DNA from: Nitrospirota bacterium
Lineage (GTDB): Bacteria > Nitrospirota > Thermodesulfovibrionia > Thermodesulfovibrionales > Dissulfurispiraceae
DNA length: 46,716 nt
Direction of reading: 5' to 3'
Assembly (NCBI GenBank): GCA_040758355.1
Contig: JBFLWF010000020.1
Span: forward strand, 1 to 46,716
Position numbers and translations under genes: made by a program. Shown here one piece after another: positions 20,756 through 30,626 of the stretch (within the stretch, counting starts at the first letter, position 1; every line of letters starts with the position of its first letter). A model generated the notes under the pieces. The model was given only the letters and a program-made list of their open reading frames with translations, was not told the DNA's origin and made no database searches.

Positions 20756-21586
20756 TTATAATTTAGCAGGTGGCTTTTTCTTTTTGTTGAATTCGATAGT
20801 CATAAACCACCCTACTCTATTACCTCCCAAGATCATGGCCAATACTTTCGCACAGAATTTAAAAAGGTTATTTTTGCTGCTCTTTAACGTATCACAATGA
20901 GTTAGAACCGTCTCTATTTGTATCTTCTCAACGGGAAGATTCACAAGCATTCTCTTGACTTCCTTCTTCGTATGAGCCTTGGTTCCTATACTCTCTACAT
21001 AATTGTAGATACACCAACTAAAAGATTTCCATGGTCTTGCCTTAAGCAGTGCCTCCCGAATCCAAACATACAGTGACGTCAAAGAGTATCTGTTATAGAC
21101 CATTATCTTACAGGTGCCACCGTTTCGACATACACGCACTATTTCTTTAAGTGCCCTGGGCATATCCGGCGTGTGATGTATGACTCCCCAACTGTATACC
21201 AAATCAAACGTGTTATCCTCATATGGCAGGGATTCGCAATCAGCAACTCTCACATCATCAGCCGTCAGTCCGTAAACTTCCAATCGCCTTTTTACATGAT
21301 TAACTCCTTCCGGTGTTAAATCTATGCCGTATGCTTTTGCTCCGGCCCTCACCCATTGCAGAAAGTCGGTTCCCGCACCGACGCCTACTTCTAAAACTCT
21401 TTTGTCTTTAAATTTTTCAAATTGAGCAAAAGACAATATCTCTGGTTCAAGATGATAACGGCACCTTTCGATCTCATTAAAGTATTCTTTGGAGTATTTG
21501 TCCTTATCAGAGAAGTTGGTGCCGCATGTTCTCGCATTCCAATAGCTACGAACATCCTCTTTATGTACTTCTTTTAAACCATGCAT
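20756..21586 (-). CDS. Class I SAM-dependent methyltransferase (Methyltransf_11)
   Basis: VLEVGVGAGTD, GIDLT, AD.E.LPY.DNTFDLVYSWGVIHHTPD. Confidence 0.88.
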   Translation of the reverse strand: MHGLKEVHKEDVRSYWNARTCGTNFSDKDKYSKEYFNEIERCRYHLEPEILSFAQFEKFKDKRVLEVGVGAGTDFLQWVRAGAKAYGIDLTPEGVNHVKRRLEVYGLTADDVRVADCESLPYEDNTFDLVYSWGVIHHTPDMPRALKEIVRVCRNGGTCKIMVYNRYSLTSLYVWIREALLKARPWKSFSWCIYNYVESIGTKAHTKKEVKRMLVNLPVEKIQIETVLTHCDTLKSSKNNLFKFCAKVLAMILGGNRVGWFMTIEFNKKKKPPAKL

Positions 21587-23640
21587 ACTCGTCCTCCAAC
21601 ATCGGTTTCTAAATCAATAGGACAATGACCGGGTTTTCTTCTGATATATGTAGTTATCACAGCTTTTGACGCATTATCTAAAGTCTGACATAAAGTATAT
21701 CCGCTCATTTTACAGCCATACGATGATGCAAAATAAGTATGCTGCAGTATTGTTTTAAAAGGAATATCAGAGATAATTGTAACCATGGCTGTTTGTGTCT
21801 CTATGACAATCTTTTTTTTCTCCTCGTTTATAAGTCTTGTATTTTCAAAAGGCATTTGCCAAAATAGAGATGCCCTGTCTGCTGGTTTAATTTCATCTTC
21901 TATAATAAAAATATTTTGGTCGTCTGTTTTATAAATAACGGTTCTTTTATGTTTGGCCTGTCCATGCGTCCCCATTTCGGTTATACGTTCAGCCTCTATT
22001 AACCCTCCATCATTTGCAGCACTCCATCTATGCACCCGCACAAAAGAGGAACGTTCCATAAAGAATGGCTGGTCAACGGAAATTTTATTTATCTCTACTC
22101 CTCCGATCATCACTGCATTGTGCATGACAGTGGAACGGAGGCGGTTGCGTTCTGTTAAGTCCGACGTGTACGACAACGTACCCGGATCTATAAACACCGG
22201 ACTGCCATCTACCCAGAGTTCTATAGATAGGAAATCATTGTGGCAGTGAGCTGTAGGCACATGATGTTCGCCTAAGCCTGAACGCAACAGCACATAATCG
22301 CCCCTGTCCCTTCTGCTCATAACATACATACCTGCATCTGGAAAAGCTCTAAATCGCATTGGATTTGAAGACGGTTCTGTAGCATCAAATTCTTCAACTC
22401 CCTTACGTCCCATGAGCCAGAAAATCGTCTCCGAGCAATCATCCGCCTCTGCCTTAAAATCTCCCCGTTTAAACAGAACAGCACCCAGCGCAAGAAGGTA
22501 TCTATAATCATGGCGTGCCCAAATCGGGTAATCACTTAAGATCAAAAAACGTCCGTCGTCATTATCCCCGATCTGAGGAACATTCCCGTCCGGGCGGATA
22601 AGATAATAAATTACTTCCATCATGCGCTCAATATAAGACCAATACTGTGCTGACATCCCGTGACCTGTCATACGGACAACCAGTGCCGGTATTAAAAACA
22701 ACTCGGTAGCAAGTCGATGGTAAGCAGTCGAAGATTCGAAAAAGAATCCATCTGCAAGCACCTGCCGCTGTATCTCCAGTTCGAGATACTTCGATCCTAT
22801 TGATTGCCAGCGTTGTGCCTCTGGCAATTCCGGACATAATATTCCAAGACACGTCAATCCGGCAATATCAGCTAACAGATGATTGGCTCCTAAAAGCTGT
22901 CCCTCTTTTACACTGACCTCAAGATTATGCTCGATATAAAGGCCGTGTTCCAATAAGCTTTTATAAATCTTTTCTTTTATTTCTCTCTCCAAATCAGGAA
23001 CGTCAGTAAGCAGACATAAAGTCCAGAGCCAGTTAATAGACCTGATTGCCGCTTCCATGGCACACGTCCAATTAATACCATAACACCAGGGATTTGTATT
23101 AAGCCAATCCGCCCACTCTTTAAAGCATTCGTCAGCAAAATACTTCTCGCCAAAAATCCGCCATGCCTGAGCTAATAACACAAGATGATGGAAACGGCTC
23201 AATTCCCATGGAATTTTTATATCTACACCTTTATTGCACATTACTTTGTGGCTGGTATAAAAACCTAAAGGCCATTTATATCCACTTTTAATGTCCTGAT
23301 GCCAGTCTATAGCAGTGCCCCAGCAACGGGGGCCTGTTCCAAGGAAGTCAAATATATGATTGCATATATCTAAAGCAGCATTATGTTTTTGTTTTAGTTT
23401 TGATGCGTATCGCGACAGGAACCATTTTATATCCTCATCGCTGTATATTAATGGTAATACTTGGTTAATTTCTTTATTTAATTTCGCAGTGCGACCCCAT
23501 GTGATCCGTATTAATCCTTCATAAAGTTTTTGGGACAATACCTTGCGGGCTATTCTATCGGCAAGTAGCTCCAATCCCTTGCGTTTTCCAAAGAGGGTTG
23601 CATAATGCACAAACAATAACTTTATATCGGACGAACGCAC
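21574..23640 (-). CDS. Heparinase II/III family protein (alpha/alpha toroid plus beta-sandwich)
   Basis: DIKIPWELSRFHHL, NW.CAMEAAIR, ANHLLAD, DG.FFESST.YHR, PQIGDNDDGR, H.HND.LS, IDPGT..YT, RST..HN. Confidence 0.88.
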   Translation of the reverse strand: MRSSDIKLLFVHYATLFGKRKGLELLADRIARKVLSQKLYEGLIRITWGRTAKLNKEINQVLPLIYSDEDIKWFLSRYASKLKQKHNAALDICNHIFDFLGTGPRCWGTAIDWHQDIKSGYKWPLGFYTSHKVMCNKGVDIKIPWELSRFHHLVLLAQAWRIFGEKYFADECFKEWADWLNTNPWCYGINWTCAMEAAIRSINWLWTLCLLTDVPDLEREIKEKIYKSLLEHGLYIEHNLEVSVKEGQLLGANHLLADIAGLTCLGILCPELPEAQRWQSIGSKYLELEIQRQVLADGFFFESSTAYHRLATELFLIPALVVRMTGHGMSAQYWSYIERMMEVIYYLIRPDGNVPQIGDNDDGRFLILSDYPIWARHDYRYLLALGAVLFKRGDFKAEADDCSETIFWLMGRKGVEEFDATEPSSNPMRFRAFPDAGMYVMSRRDRGDYVLLRSGLGEHHVPTAHCHNDFLSIELWVDGSPVFIDPGTLSYTSDLTERNRLRSTVMHNAVMIGGVEINKISVDQPFFMERSSFVRVHRWSAANDGGLIEAERITEMGTHGQAKHKRTVIYKTDDQNIFIIEDEIKPADRASLFWQMPFENTRLINEEKKKIVIETQTAMVTIISDIPFKTILQHTYFASSYGCKMSGYTLCQTLDNASKAVITTYIRRKPGHCPIDLETDVGGRVCMV

Positions 23641-23673
23641 AAATACTCCTAATATTTACCTGTATTGCTATAG

Positions 23674-25587
23674 CTAACGGTGCACATCAATAGTTCTATC
23701 CTCAATCCAATGGTTGTGCCACAACACAAGGTTCAATAGAAGCCAGATTTTCATACCACAATCTGCCGTACCTGAGCGTTGATGATCAAACATCTCTTTT
23801 ACCACGTTCATATCGAACAGGTCTTTCATCCATTTCGAACCTGAAATAATATGTTGTGCAAAATCGACTATCTTTCCGTTAACCATATTTCGGGCACTAC
23901 CGCAAAAACCACCTTTAGGCCTATCAATCACATAATCCGGAATAATTCCCCTTGCAGCTTTCTTGAGGATTGTCTTTGTCTGTCCATTCCGTATTTTAAG
24001 AGACGCCGGAATAGATAGGGCAAATCTAACAAGTTCATGATCAAGGTAGGGAACCCGTGCTTCAACAGAGGCAGCCATGGTCATTTTATCAGCTCTCATC
24101 AGCAAAAGTTCTGGCAACCGATGCTGCAACTCTATATATATCATTCTGTCCAATTCATGGGCATCCGGATAAATTTCCTGATAATGGTCGTACCATCCTT
24201 TTACTACATCGATTGTAACATCATGCTGTTTTATGCCAGGTAGCAGTTTGCGTTTTTCCAATTCTGTGAAAGCAATACCCCCTCCCCAAAAAAATGGCTC
24301 TCCTTCTGCCGCACGTCTCAAGAAATCAGCCTTCAGGGGGCCAAATGTTTTTTCACCAATACCCGCTGCCAGACTTTTAACCCATGATGGGAGAATGGTA
24401 TAGGGCCGAAAATATTTAATGAAAAAATTCAGCATGAGGGCGTAGCCGCGATACCCTGCAAAAAGCTCGTCGCTACCCTCACCTACCAGAATAACGACAG
24501 TCCCATTTTCCCGTGCAAGGCGACTTACATGGTAAAGGGGCACACAAACAGGATCCGATAAAGGTTCATCCTGATAATGCACCATATCGGGCATGAATTT
24601 AATGAAGTCTTCATGGGTAATGACTATTTCGTGATGATTAGTATGAAAAAATTGTGCTACCTGACCGGCGTGGTTGAGTTCATTTGAGATTGCATCGTCT
24701 TTTATGGCAACTGAAAACGTATCTACAGGACGGTCAATCATTTTACTCATAAGGGCCACGTTGAGCGTAGAATCCACTCCTCCGCTCAGGAATACCCCAA
24801 GCGGCACATCGCTCATTAGTCTGAGGCGAATCGATTCTGTCAGCAGATCCCTGAGCCTTTCCACTATCTCGTTTTCAGGGGTCATTTCCAAACCCCTGTC
24901 AACAAATACCGGATCCCAGTATCTCTCTATCTTTTTTGCTCCTTCGCCGTTAATTGATAACAAATGTCCCGGAGGGATTTTATATATTCCCCTGAACATC
25001 GTTAATGGAGATGGCGTGACAAGTAAAGTCAAATATGTATACAGGGCTTCCATATCCACTTCGCGCCGAAGTCCCTGCCAAGCCAGAATTGCCTTTATTT
25101 CTGAAGCAAATATAAAGTATCCATCATGTTCGGTGTAATACAGAGGCTTTATACCGATTCTGTCCCGTGCTAAAAAGAGCTTTCCTTTCTTTTCATCCCA
25201 TATAGCAAAAGCGAACATCCCCCTTAACTTTTCAACACACTTTTCTCCCCATTGTTCATAGGCATGTATTATGGATTCGGTATCGGATCGTGTGAAGTAT
25301 CGATGACCGCTCTGCTCCAATTCGCGTCTTAAATCGGTGTGGTTATATATTTCGCCATTAAAAATAATCCAGACTGTTCCATCTTCGTTGCTCATAGGCT
25401 GATGACCACCGGAGAGATCAACAATGCTCAATCTACGAAAACCGAATCCTGCCTTACGATTAGGGCTTATATAAGTACCGTAATCATCAGGGCCCCGATG
25501 GAGCATAGTATCCGCCATGCCCCTCAGTTCATGGTGCTCTACCGGTTTGCTGCTATGAATATTCAGTACGCCGCAAATCCCACACAT
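23674..25587 (-). CDS. asnB: Asparagine synthase (glutamine-hydrolysing)-like amidotransferase, probably a glycan amidating enzyme (WbpS-like)
   Basis: N-terminal CGICG, HRGPD, RRLSIVDL..GHQPM, FNGEIYN, FLSGGVDS, GEGSDELFAGY, VEARVPYLD. Confidence 0.92.
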   Translation of the reverse strand: MCGICGVLNIHSSKPVEHHELRGMADTMLHRGPDDYGTYISPNRKAGFGFRRLSIVDLSGGHQPMSNEDGTVWIIFNGEIYNHTDLRRELEQSGHRYFTRSDTESIIHAYEQWGEKCVEKLRGMFAFAIWDEKKGKLFLARDRIGIKPLYYTEHDGYFIFASEIKAILAWQGLRREVDMEALYTYLTLLVTPSPLTMFRGIYKIPPGHLLSINGEGAKKIERYWDPVFVDRGLEMTPENEIVERLRDLLTESIRLRLMSDVPLGVFLSGGVDSTLNVALMSKMIDRPVDTFSVAIKDDAISNELNHAGQVAQFFHTNHHEIVITHEDFIKFMPDMVHYQDEPLSDPVCVPLYHVSRLARENGTVVILVGEGSDELFAGYRGYALMLNFFIKYFRPYTILPSWVKSLAAGIGEKTFGPLKADFLRRAAEGEPFFWGGGIAFTELEKRKLLPGIKQHDVTIDVVKGWYDHYQEIYPDAHELDRMIYIELQHRLPELLLMRADKMTMAASVEARVPYLDHELVRFALSIPASLKIRNGQTKTILKKAARGIIPDYVIDRPKGGFCGSARNMVNGKIVDFAQHIISGSKWMKDLFDMNVVKEMFDHQRSGTADCGMKIWLLLNLVLWHNHWIEDRTIDVHR

Positions 25588-25617
25588 TATATTTCGCCCT
25601 TAAAATCGCTGGTTCTG

Positions 25618-27465
25618 CTAACTGCAGTCGAAGCGGTACAAATACTGCTGATCGCTTTCCTTGATTAATTTCAAACACCTGTTGAGCGACGATTGTGATC
25701 TTATAAACAAATACTCGGACTCGGAAATGGGCTTAAGATAACGATCATTGATGAAAATGTATTTAACTCCGAGCTTTTTCCACGCATTTAAAATTTTTTG
25801 ATCATCCAGAGGAGACGGATTATAGAAATTGCCATCCACCATTCGTGAATCTATAAAACGGACATCAGGAGATATATAATAATCATTTCCTACGGAGAGG
25901 GAAACAACAGTCACTTCGTTTTTAGGCAAATCGTTTATATATTTGGTCATATTCCAATGAGGATAGGCATCAAACATATTCAAGTTTTTCTCTAAAAACT
26001 GTTCTCTGCTGGTGAGTCCGGCTATAAAGTCGAATTTACTGTAAGTAAAGAAGTGAAGACGAACAAAAAAGAACATCTCAAATAAAAGATATAATGTAAA
26101 ACACGCAACAAATATGCTCCTAATCAGTCTGAAACGGTCTTTGCAGGCATCCAGTCCCCATGCAGCAATAACTGCCAACAACCCTATTTCCGTTAGAAGA
26201 TTGCGGGATTTAAATATACCCATGAAGTATTGCATTAAATAAAGTACGCTGAAGGTTATCAAGCCCCACCAGACCTGCTTCGGAACCGGCCTTATAAGAA
26301 CAGCGCACGGTAATAAGGCAAGGAATACAGGACCAATGGGATGGCTATACGGCCAGATTGCAAATCCAACTGACATATCCCATAGAGATGTGATTATAGA
26401 AAGAGAGCTTTTAGAATAATTTGTAGGTTTGAATTCCCTGCCCGTAATAAATTTATCCAGGACAGGATACACTGGATTTCCTGTCTCTATGAGATTTTTT
26501 ATGAGCCATGGAACCGAAAGCAATAGAAACGGTACACTAAAAAGTGCTATCCTTCGTAAAATGCTCATTGAGTTTTCTGTCAAATCTTTCCTTTGAATAA
26601 GAGATACAAGCACTATAAATAAAATTATAACTACAGCCGTAAAACCACCCGGATATAAACTTCCAAAACTTGCACCGGAAAATAATCCTGCAGCAAAAAG
26701 CCAACGATCCTGTCTCTCCTTATCGAAACCCCAACGGCTGATTAAGTAAATACTGAGCAAATCGAAAGCCGCTCTGCCCACGTTCGATTTCGTTGTAGGG
26801 ACCAAAAACTCAACAACATACATTGAGAGGAAAAAAAGTGCTGCCCAGAGTCCTGCCTCAGTCGAAAAATAAGTACGCCCTATTAAATAGAGAACTGAGG
26901 CAGCACCTAACGCCATTGTAAATCCAACCAGCATCTGTGCCAATTCATCTCCCCTCAGCAACAAGGCGAAGGAAGACAGCATCTGCATATTGAGAGGCTG
27001 GTGGCTTAAAAATTCATAAGGCAATGGAATAATTGCACCTGCATAGACGTATTTTCGTGGCACATCCAAATAGGAATGCAGGGTATCTCCATCAAGCGGC
27101 GGTGCCATGGTGCTTAAGAGGTAAAAAACGCTTATTATGCAGAGCGCCGATAATAAAAGTCTGTTTAAGATTTTTTTTCCAAATCTTTCTTCTAACTGTT
27201 CTTTCAATAACCTACCGCCCCTGATGCTAATTATAGATAATATCCCCAGCAGTAAATACGCCATTGCAGGCTTTAATAGCCCTAAAAATCCAAAAGCTGC
27301 GGTCGGATAAATCAGCAGCAATAGGCCGAATCCAAAGGAGATTATTATAATTTCTGCCCGACTGGATGGTTTAAATCTAAAGAGTTTGTAAATTACTATT
27401 CCGCTGCCAACACTTACAATCAAAATGAACAGCCATAAAAGTACATTTAATATGCTGTTAATCAT
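25618..27465 (-). CDS. Polytopic membrane protein, probable GT-C-fold glycosyltransferase; paralog of 4231-6105
   Basis: APPLDGDTLHSYL, LRGDELAQML, PWLIKN...TGNPVYP, IGPVFLALLP; each aligns by eye to the 624 aa protein. Confidence 0.7.
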   Translation of the reverse strand: MINSILNVLLWLFILIVSVGSGIVIYKLFRFKPSSRAEIIIISFGFGLLLLIYPTAAFGFLGLLKPAMAYLLLGILSIISIRGGRLLKEQLEERFGKKILNRLLLSALCIISVFYLLSTMAPPLDGDTLHSYLDVPRKYVYAGAIIPLPYEFLSHQPLNMQMLSSFALLLRGDELAQMLVGFTMALGAASVLYLIGRTYFSTEAGLWAALFFLSMYVVEFLVPTTKSNVGRAAFDLLSIYLISRWGFDKERQDRWLFAAGLFSGASFGSLYPGGFTAVVIILFIVLVSLIQRKDLTENSMSILRRIALFSVPFLLLSVPWLIKNLIETGNPVYPVLDKFITGREFKPTNYSKSSLSIITSLWDMSVGFAIWPYSHPIGPVFLALLPCAVLIRPVPKQVWWGLITFSVLYLMQYFMGIFKSRNLLTEIGLLAVIAAWGLDACKDRFRLIRSIFVACFTLYLLFEMFFFVRLHFFTYSKFDFIAGLTSREQFLEKNLNMFDAYPHWNMTKYINDLPKNEVTVVSLSVGNDYYISPDVRFIDSRMVDGNFYNPSPLDDQKILNAWKKLGVKYIFINDRYLKPISESEYLFIRSQSSLNRCLKLIKESDQQYLYRFDCS

Positions 27466-27466
27466 G

Positions 27467-27610
27467 TTATTTCAGGACTTTATCAATCAATGCAATTATC
27501 TTGTCCCAACGGCCTGGTATCATAAGCATATGAATTATATAAATACTAAAAAGAACAAGTATCCATACACCCCATAATGTTTCGATAAGTTTTATTCTTT
27601 TTTTTAACAT
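27467..27610 (-). CDS. Small single-TM membrane protein, 47 aa
   Basis: MLKKRIKLIETLWGVWILVLFSIYIIHMLMIPGRWDKIIALIDKVLK*. The ATG at 27610 avoids overlap with cysC (the ORF track extends it to 27697); the stop lies 1 nt before the GT-C ATG. Confidence 0.7.
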   Translation of the reverse strand: MLKKRIKLIETLWGVWILVLFSIYIIHMLMIPGRWDKIIALIDKVLK

Positions 27611-27639
27611 CGGATACGATGGATTTAAGATTAAAAGAA

Positions 27640-28254
27640 TTACCTCTGCATTACAATGTTGTGTTGATATAAATAATTTATTAAAATATCTACGCATTCC
27701 TGCAATGACAGATCAGACGTATTCAAGATTATCTCACAATCAGAAGGCTCTTCATATGGAGCATCTATGCCTGTATATCCTTTTATCAACCCCCCGCGGG
27801 CCTTTTTATAATACTCCTTAGGGTCCCGCCTTTCCAATTCTTCTAAAGGACAAGCAACATAAATCTCGATAAAATCTCCCTCTTTCATATCAGCCCTTAT
27901 CCTGTCACGATCCCTACGGTAAGGAGATATAAAAGCGGCCATCGTTATAATGCCGTTCTCTACAAAAAGTTTTGCAACCTCGCCTATGCGACGGATATTA
28001 TCTTCCCTGTCTTTTATTGAAAAACCAAGGTCTTTGTTCAGGCCATGCCTTATGTTATCCCCGTCTAATACTGCCGTAAGATAACCCAGATTAAAGAGTC
28101 GCTCCTCAAGGGCATGTGCTATCGTGGACTTGCCGGCTGCGGAAAGTCCGGTAAACCATAGTAGTACACCTTTCTGTCCCAACAACTTCTCTTTATCCTG
28201 TCTCGTAATTATAGACTTGTGCCATACGATATTTGCAGTTTTTTTCTCGTTCAT
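27640..28254 (-). CDS. cysC: Adenylyl-sulfate (APS) kinase
   Basis: LWFTGLSAAGKST P-loop, LDGDNIRHGLN.DLGFS..DR..NIRR, FISPY, RDPK, TGIDAPYE.P. Confidence 0.95.
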   Translation of the reverse strand: MNEKKTANIVWHKSIITRQDKEKLLGQKGVLLWFTGLSAAGKSTIAHALEERLFNLGYLTAVLDGDNIRHGLNKDLGFSIKDREDNIRRIGEVAKLFVENGIITMAAFISPYRRDRDRIRADMKEGDFIEIYVACPLEELERRDPKEYYKKARGGLIKGYTGIDAPYEEPSDCEIILNTSDLSLQECVDILINYLYQHNIVMQR

Positions 28255-28276
28255 ATGTTCCTCTATTTTTTAAATC

Positions 28277-29143
28277 TTACCTTCGGTGATAAGGCAATCG
28301 GGGATTCAGTTTTTCTTTGATTACGCTGTCGAGATATAATATGTCCTTTTCCGACAGCTCGCTGCGGTAACCACCGACCATGCCTTTCCTGATTTTCATC
28401 GAATTCCCTGACGTCTTACTGCCTGGTTCAATCCATGGATCTTTTAACTCGCCTCTTTTTTCCATATGGTTCATTTTCTCAAAAGCGCTCTCTGTTACAG
28501 CTCTTTTCAAAGCCTCACTATTAACCTGCATTCCCAAAAATTTTATAATAGAACTAAAGGTAGTGTGCGGGTCCCTATGAATATCCTCATACGTTATGGG
28601 ATAAAATGCCGCGGGAACCCAGCTATTATCCATCCACATATTCATAAAAGCGATAATTTTGTTTATGCCGACGAGATTGTCATGCATAAAAGACGATAAA
28701 TCCTCCATATATATCCTCTCTCTAAATCTCAGGTGATACCAGCTTGAGACCAATACGTCGCGGGGATCTCGAACTAAAAATATAATTTTCTTGCCCGAAT
28801 AAAGCGATACATTAAAGGATAATTCAGAAACAGACCTGGGTATCGGGACCCAATTGCTCTGGTCATGCTCGAATTTGATAACTTTATCGGAAGAAATCCG
28901 CAGCATAGATTTATCATGAAATTGTTGCGGCGTGATGCCTAACTGCTCTATATATTTTTGCAACATAAATCTTACCCATGTCCTCCCGCTCTTGGGATAT
29001 GAGACAATATAAAAATCTGGCTCTACAGAATTTAACTTGCTTAGAATATATGTTTTAAAATAAAAGTTTAAAGATTCGGGACTACGAACTATCTTTTTAA
29101 ATTTATCGTTGAAATTTCTCAGTCCAAAAATAATTTTATTCAT
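28277..29143 (-). CDS. PAPS-dependent sulfotransferase (Sulfotransfer_1)
   Basis: 5'-PSB SYPKSGRTW, 3'-PB RDPRDVLVS, YED, C-terminal RKG.VG.Y. Confidence 0.9.
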   Translation of the reverse strand: MNKIIFGLRNFNDKFKKIVRSPESLNFYFKTYILSKLNSVEPDFYIVSYPKSGRTWVRFMLQKYIEQLGITPQQFHDKSMLRISSDKVIKFEHDQSNWVPIPRSVSELSFNVSLYSGKKIIFLVRDPRDVLVSSWYHLRFRERIYMEDLSSFMHDNLVGINKIIAFMNMWMDNSWVPAAFYPITYEDIHRDPHTTFSSIIKFLGMQVNSEALKRAVTESAFEKMNHMEKRGELKDPWIEPGSKTSGNSMKIRKGMVGGYRSELSEKDILYLDSVIKEKLNPRLPYHRR

Positions 29144-29153
29144 AATACGGCTT

Positions 29154-30575
29154 CTATTTCTTTATTTTGAAAAAGAGCTTTAGGCCTTCGATCAAGTTCT
29201 TCACTTCGTTCCAATTGCGAAGGGCGAGAAGTCTTCTCAACATATATGACGGACGCAGATAATAACTTCTTATTGCCTTTCTATGCCATTTCCGAATAAC
29301 TTCTGCATTTAGGTCTGGCATCGATAAAACAGAATCCTGATTTGACAGCGGTGAGTAATTAATCCACGAAGCATTACTGCGTATATACCCTTTCTGCAAG
29401 GCCTCGTGATAAAACGGGGTTCCAGGCAATGGACTCGCAATAAAGAAAGCTGCAATATCTGTATTAAGTTTTTTTGCAAGTCTGATTGTATCCCTCATAG
29501 TTTCTTCGGTTTCGTTTAAATACCCCATAATATAGCTCGCATGGGTCTTTATGCCTACCTTTTTGGTCAAGCGAATAACGCGTTCAGCCTCCTTTAAATC
29601 AAGAGATTTATCTATTTTCTTCAAAATCTCCTCATTGCCCGACTCTATACCGAAACTTAACTCTTTGCAACCCGCTTCTTTAATAGCCTCAAGGGTTTCT
29701 TTATCCAACCCCTGGGCACGGGCAAAACAAACCCAGCTTATATTGAATTTTCTCTCGCATATTGCCCGGCAGATATCTAGAACACGATTCTTCTTTGCAG
29801 TAAAAAATTCATCTGTTAGATTAAAAGAGCGAATGCCATACTTCCCCACACACTCTTCAATTTCTTCAATAATATTTTTTGTCGAGCGTGTGCGGATACC
29901 ACGCGTCCAAACAGTTCTTGCACCACAAAAACCGCAATTATATGGGCAACCCCTGCTTGTGGTCAAAAGGGTATTCGGACCAAGGCTTACCCTTTTGGTA
30001 GGTGCCGGGGAGTATAAATTATTATCCACAAAATCACGGGCCGGAAATGGAATGATGTCAAGGTCTTTAATAAGACTCCGTGGTGGATTGATCTTCACTT
30101 CGCCATACTCATTTCTATACCCTATGCCATCAATTTTACTCCAATCATTATCTCTTTTCTTAATATGTGAAATCAGTTCAGAGAAAGTAATTTCTCCTTC
30201 TCCGATTCCGACAAAATCAGCCTTGCTTTCAAATAGAGAGCCTTCCGGGAGAGCAGATGGATGGGGCCCGCCTATTATTATGGGCACTTTGGGCAACCGT
30301 GCCTTCAATTGATGGGACAGATTTATGACAGAATCGAATACGCAGGTATTGGCAGATATACCTATTAAACCCGGTGAGAACTTTTCTGCCTCCCTTACCG
30401 TCTCCTCATGGCTGAGACTCAATATTTCGGAGTCGAGAATCTTGAATTCCACATCAGGATGCGCCTTTCGGGCATATGCTGCCAGATAACATAAGTTAAT
30501 CGGCACCATGGAGCCGCCATGTCCCTGCAGCCCGCCGTAACGATTAAAAGCTGGATTTATAAGCAATACTTTCAT
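29154..30575 (-). CDS. B12-binding radical SAM protein (class B methyltransferase-like)
   Basis: N-terminal cobalamin-binding domain (LINP, YLAAY, GGPHPS, GEGE), TSRGCPYNCGFC (CxxxCxxC), GIESGN, PLPGT. Confidence 0.92.
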   Translation of the reverse strand: MKVLLINPAFNRYGGLQGHGGSMVPINLCYLAAYARKAHPDVEFKILDSEILSLSHEETVREAEKFSPGLIGISANTCVFDSVINLSHQLKARLPKVPIIIGGPHPSALPEGSLFESKADFVGIGEGEITFSELISHIKKRDNDWSKIDGIGYRNEYGEVKINPPRSLIKDLDIIPFPARDFVDNNLYSPAPTKRVSLGPNTLLTTSRGCPYNCGFCGARTVWTRGIRTRSTKNIIEEIEECVGKYGIRSFNLTDEFFTAKKNRVLDICRAICERKFNISWVCFARAQGLDKETLEAIKEAGCKELSFGIESGNEEILKKIDKSLDLKEAERVIRLTKKVGIKTHASYIMGYLNETEETMRDTIRLAKKLNTDIAAFFIASPLPGTPFYHEALQKGYIRSNASWINYSPLSNQDSVLSMPDLNAEVIRKWHRKAIRSYYLRPSYMLRRLLALRNWNEVKNLIEGLKLFFKIKK

Positions 30576-30626
30576 CTAACTCACTCCTTTGACATTTAGG
30601 CTGTATCGCTCTGTTTTATTTTTACG

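Noticed and set aside
20658..20756. 32-codon ORF starting at the methyltransferase stop (TAATG), or a possible wzx N-terminal frameshift
   Set aside because: wzx has a plausible TTG start with a GGAG RBS at 20677, and the peptide has no features; evidence insufficient.
29551..30312. 253 aa plus-strand ORF, and the other plus-strand ORFs between 630 and 36145
   Set aside because: Antisense shadows of well-supported minus-strand genes, with no recognisable motifs.
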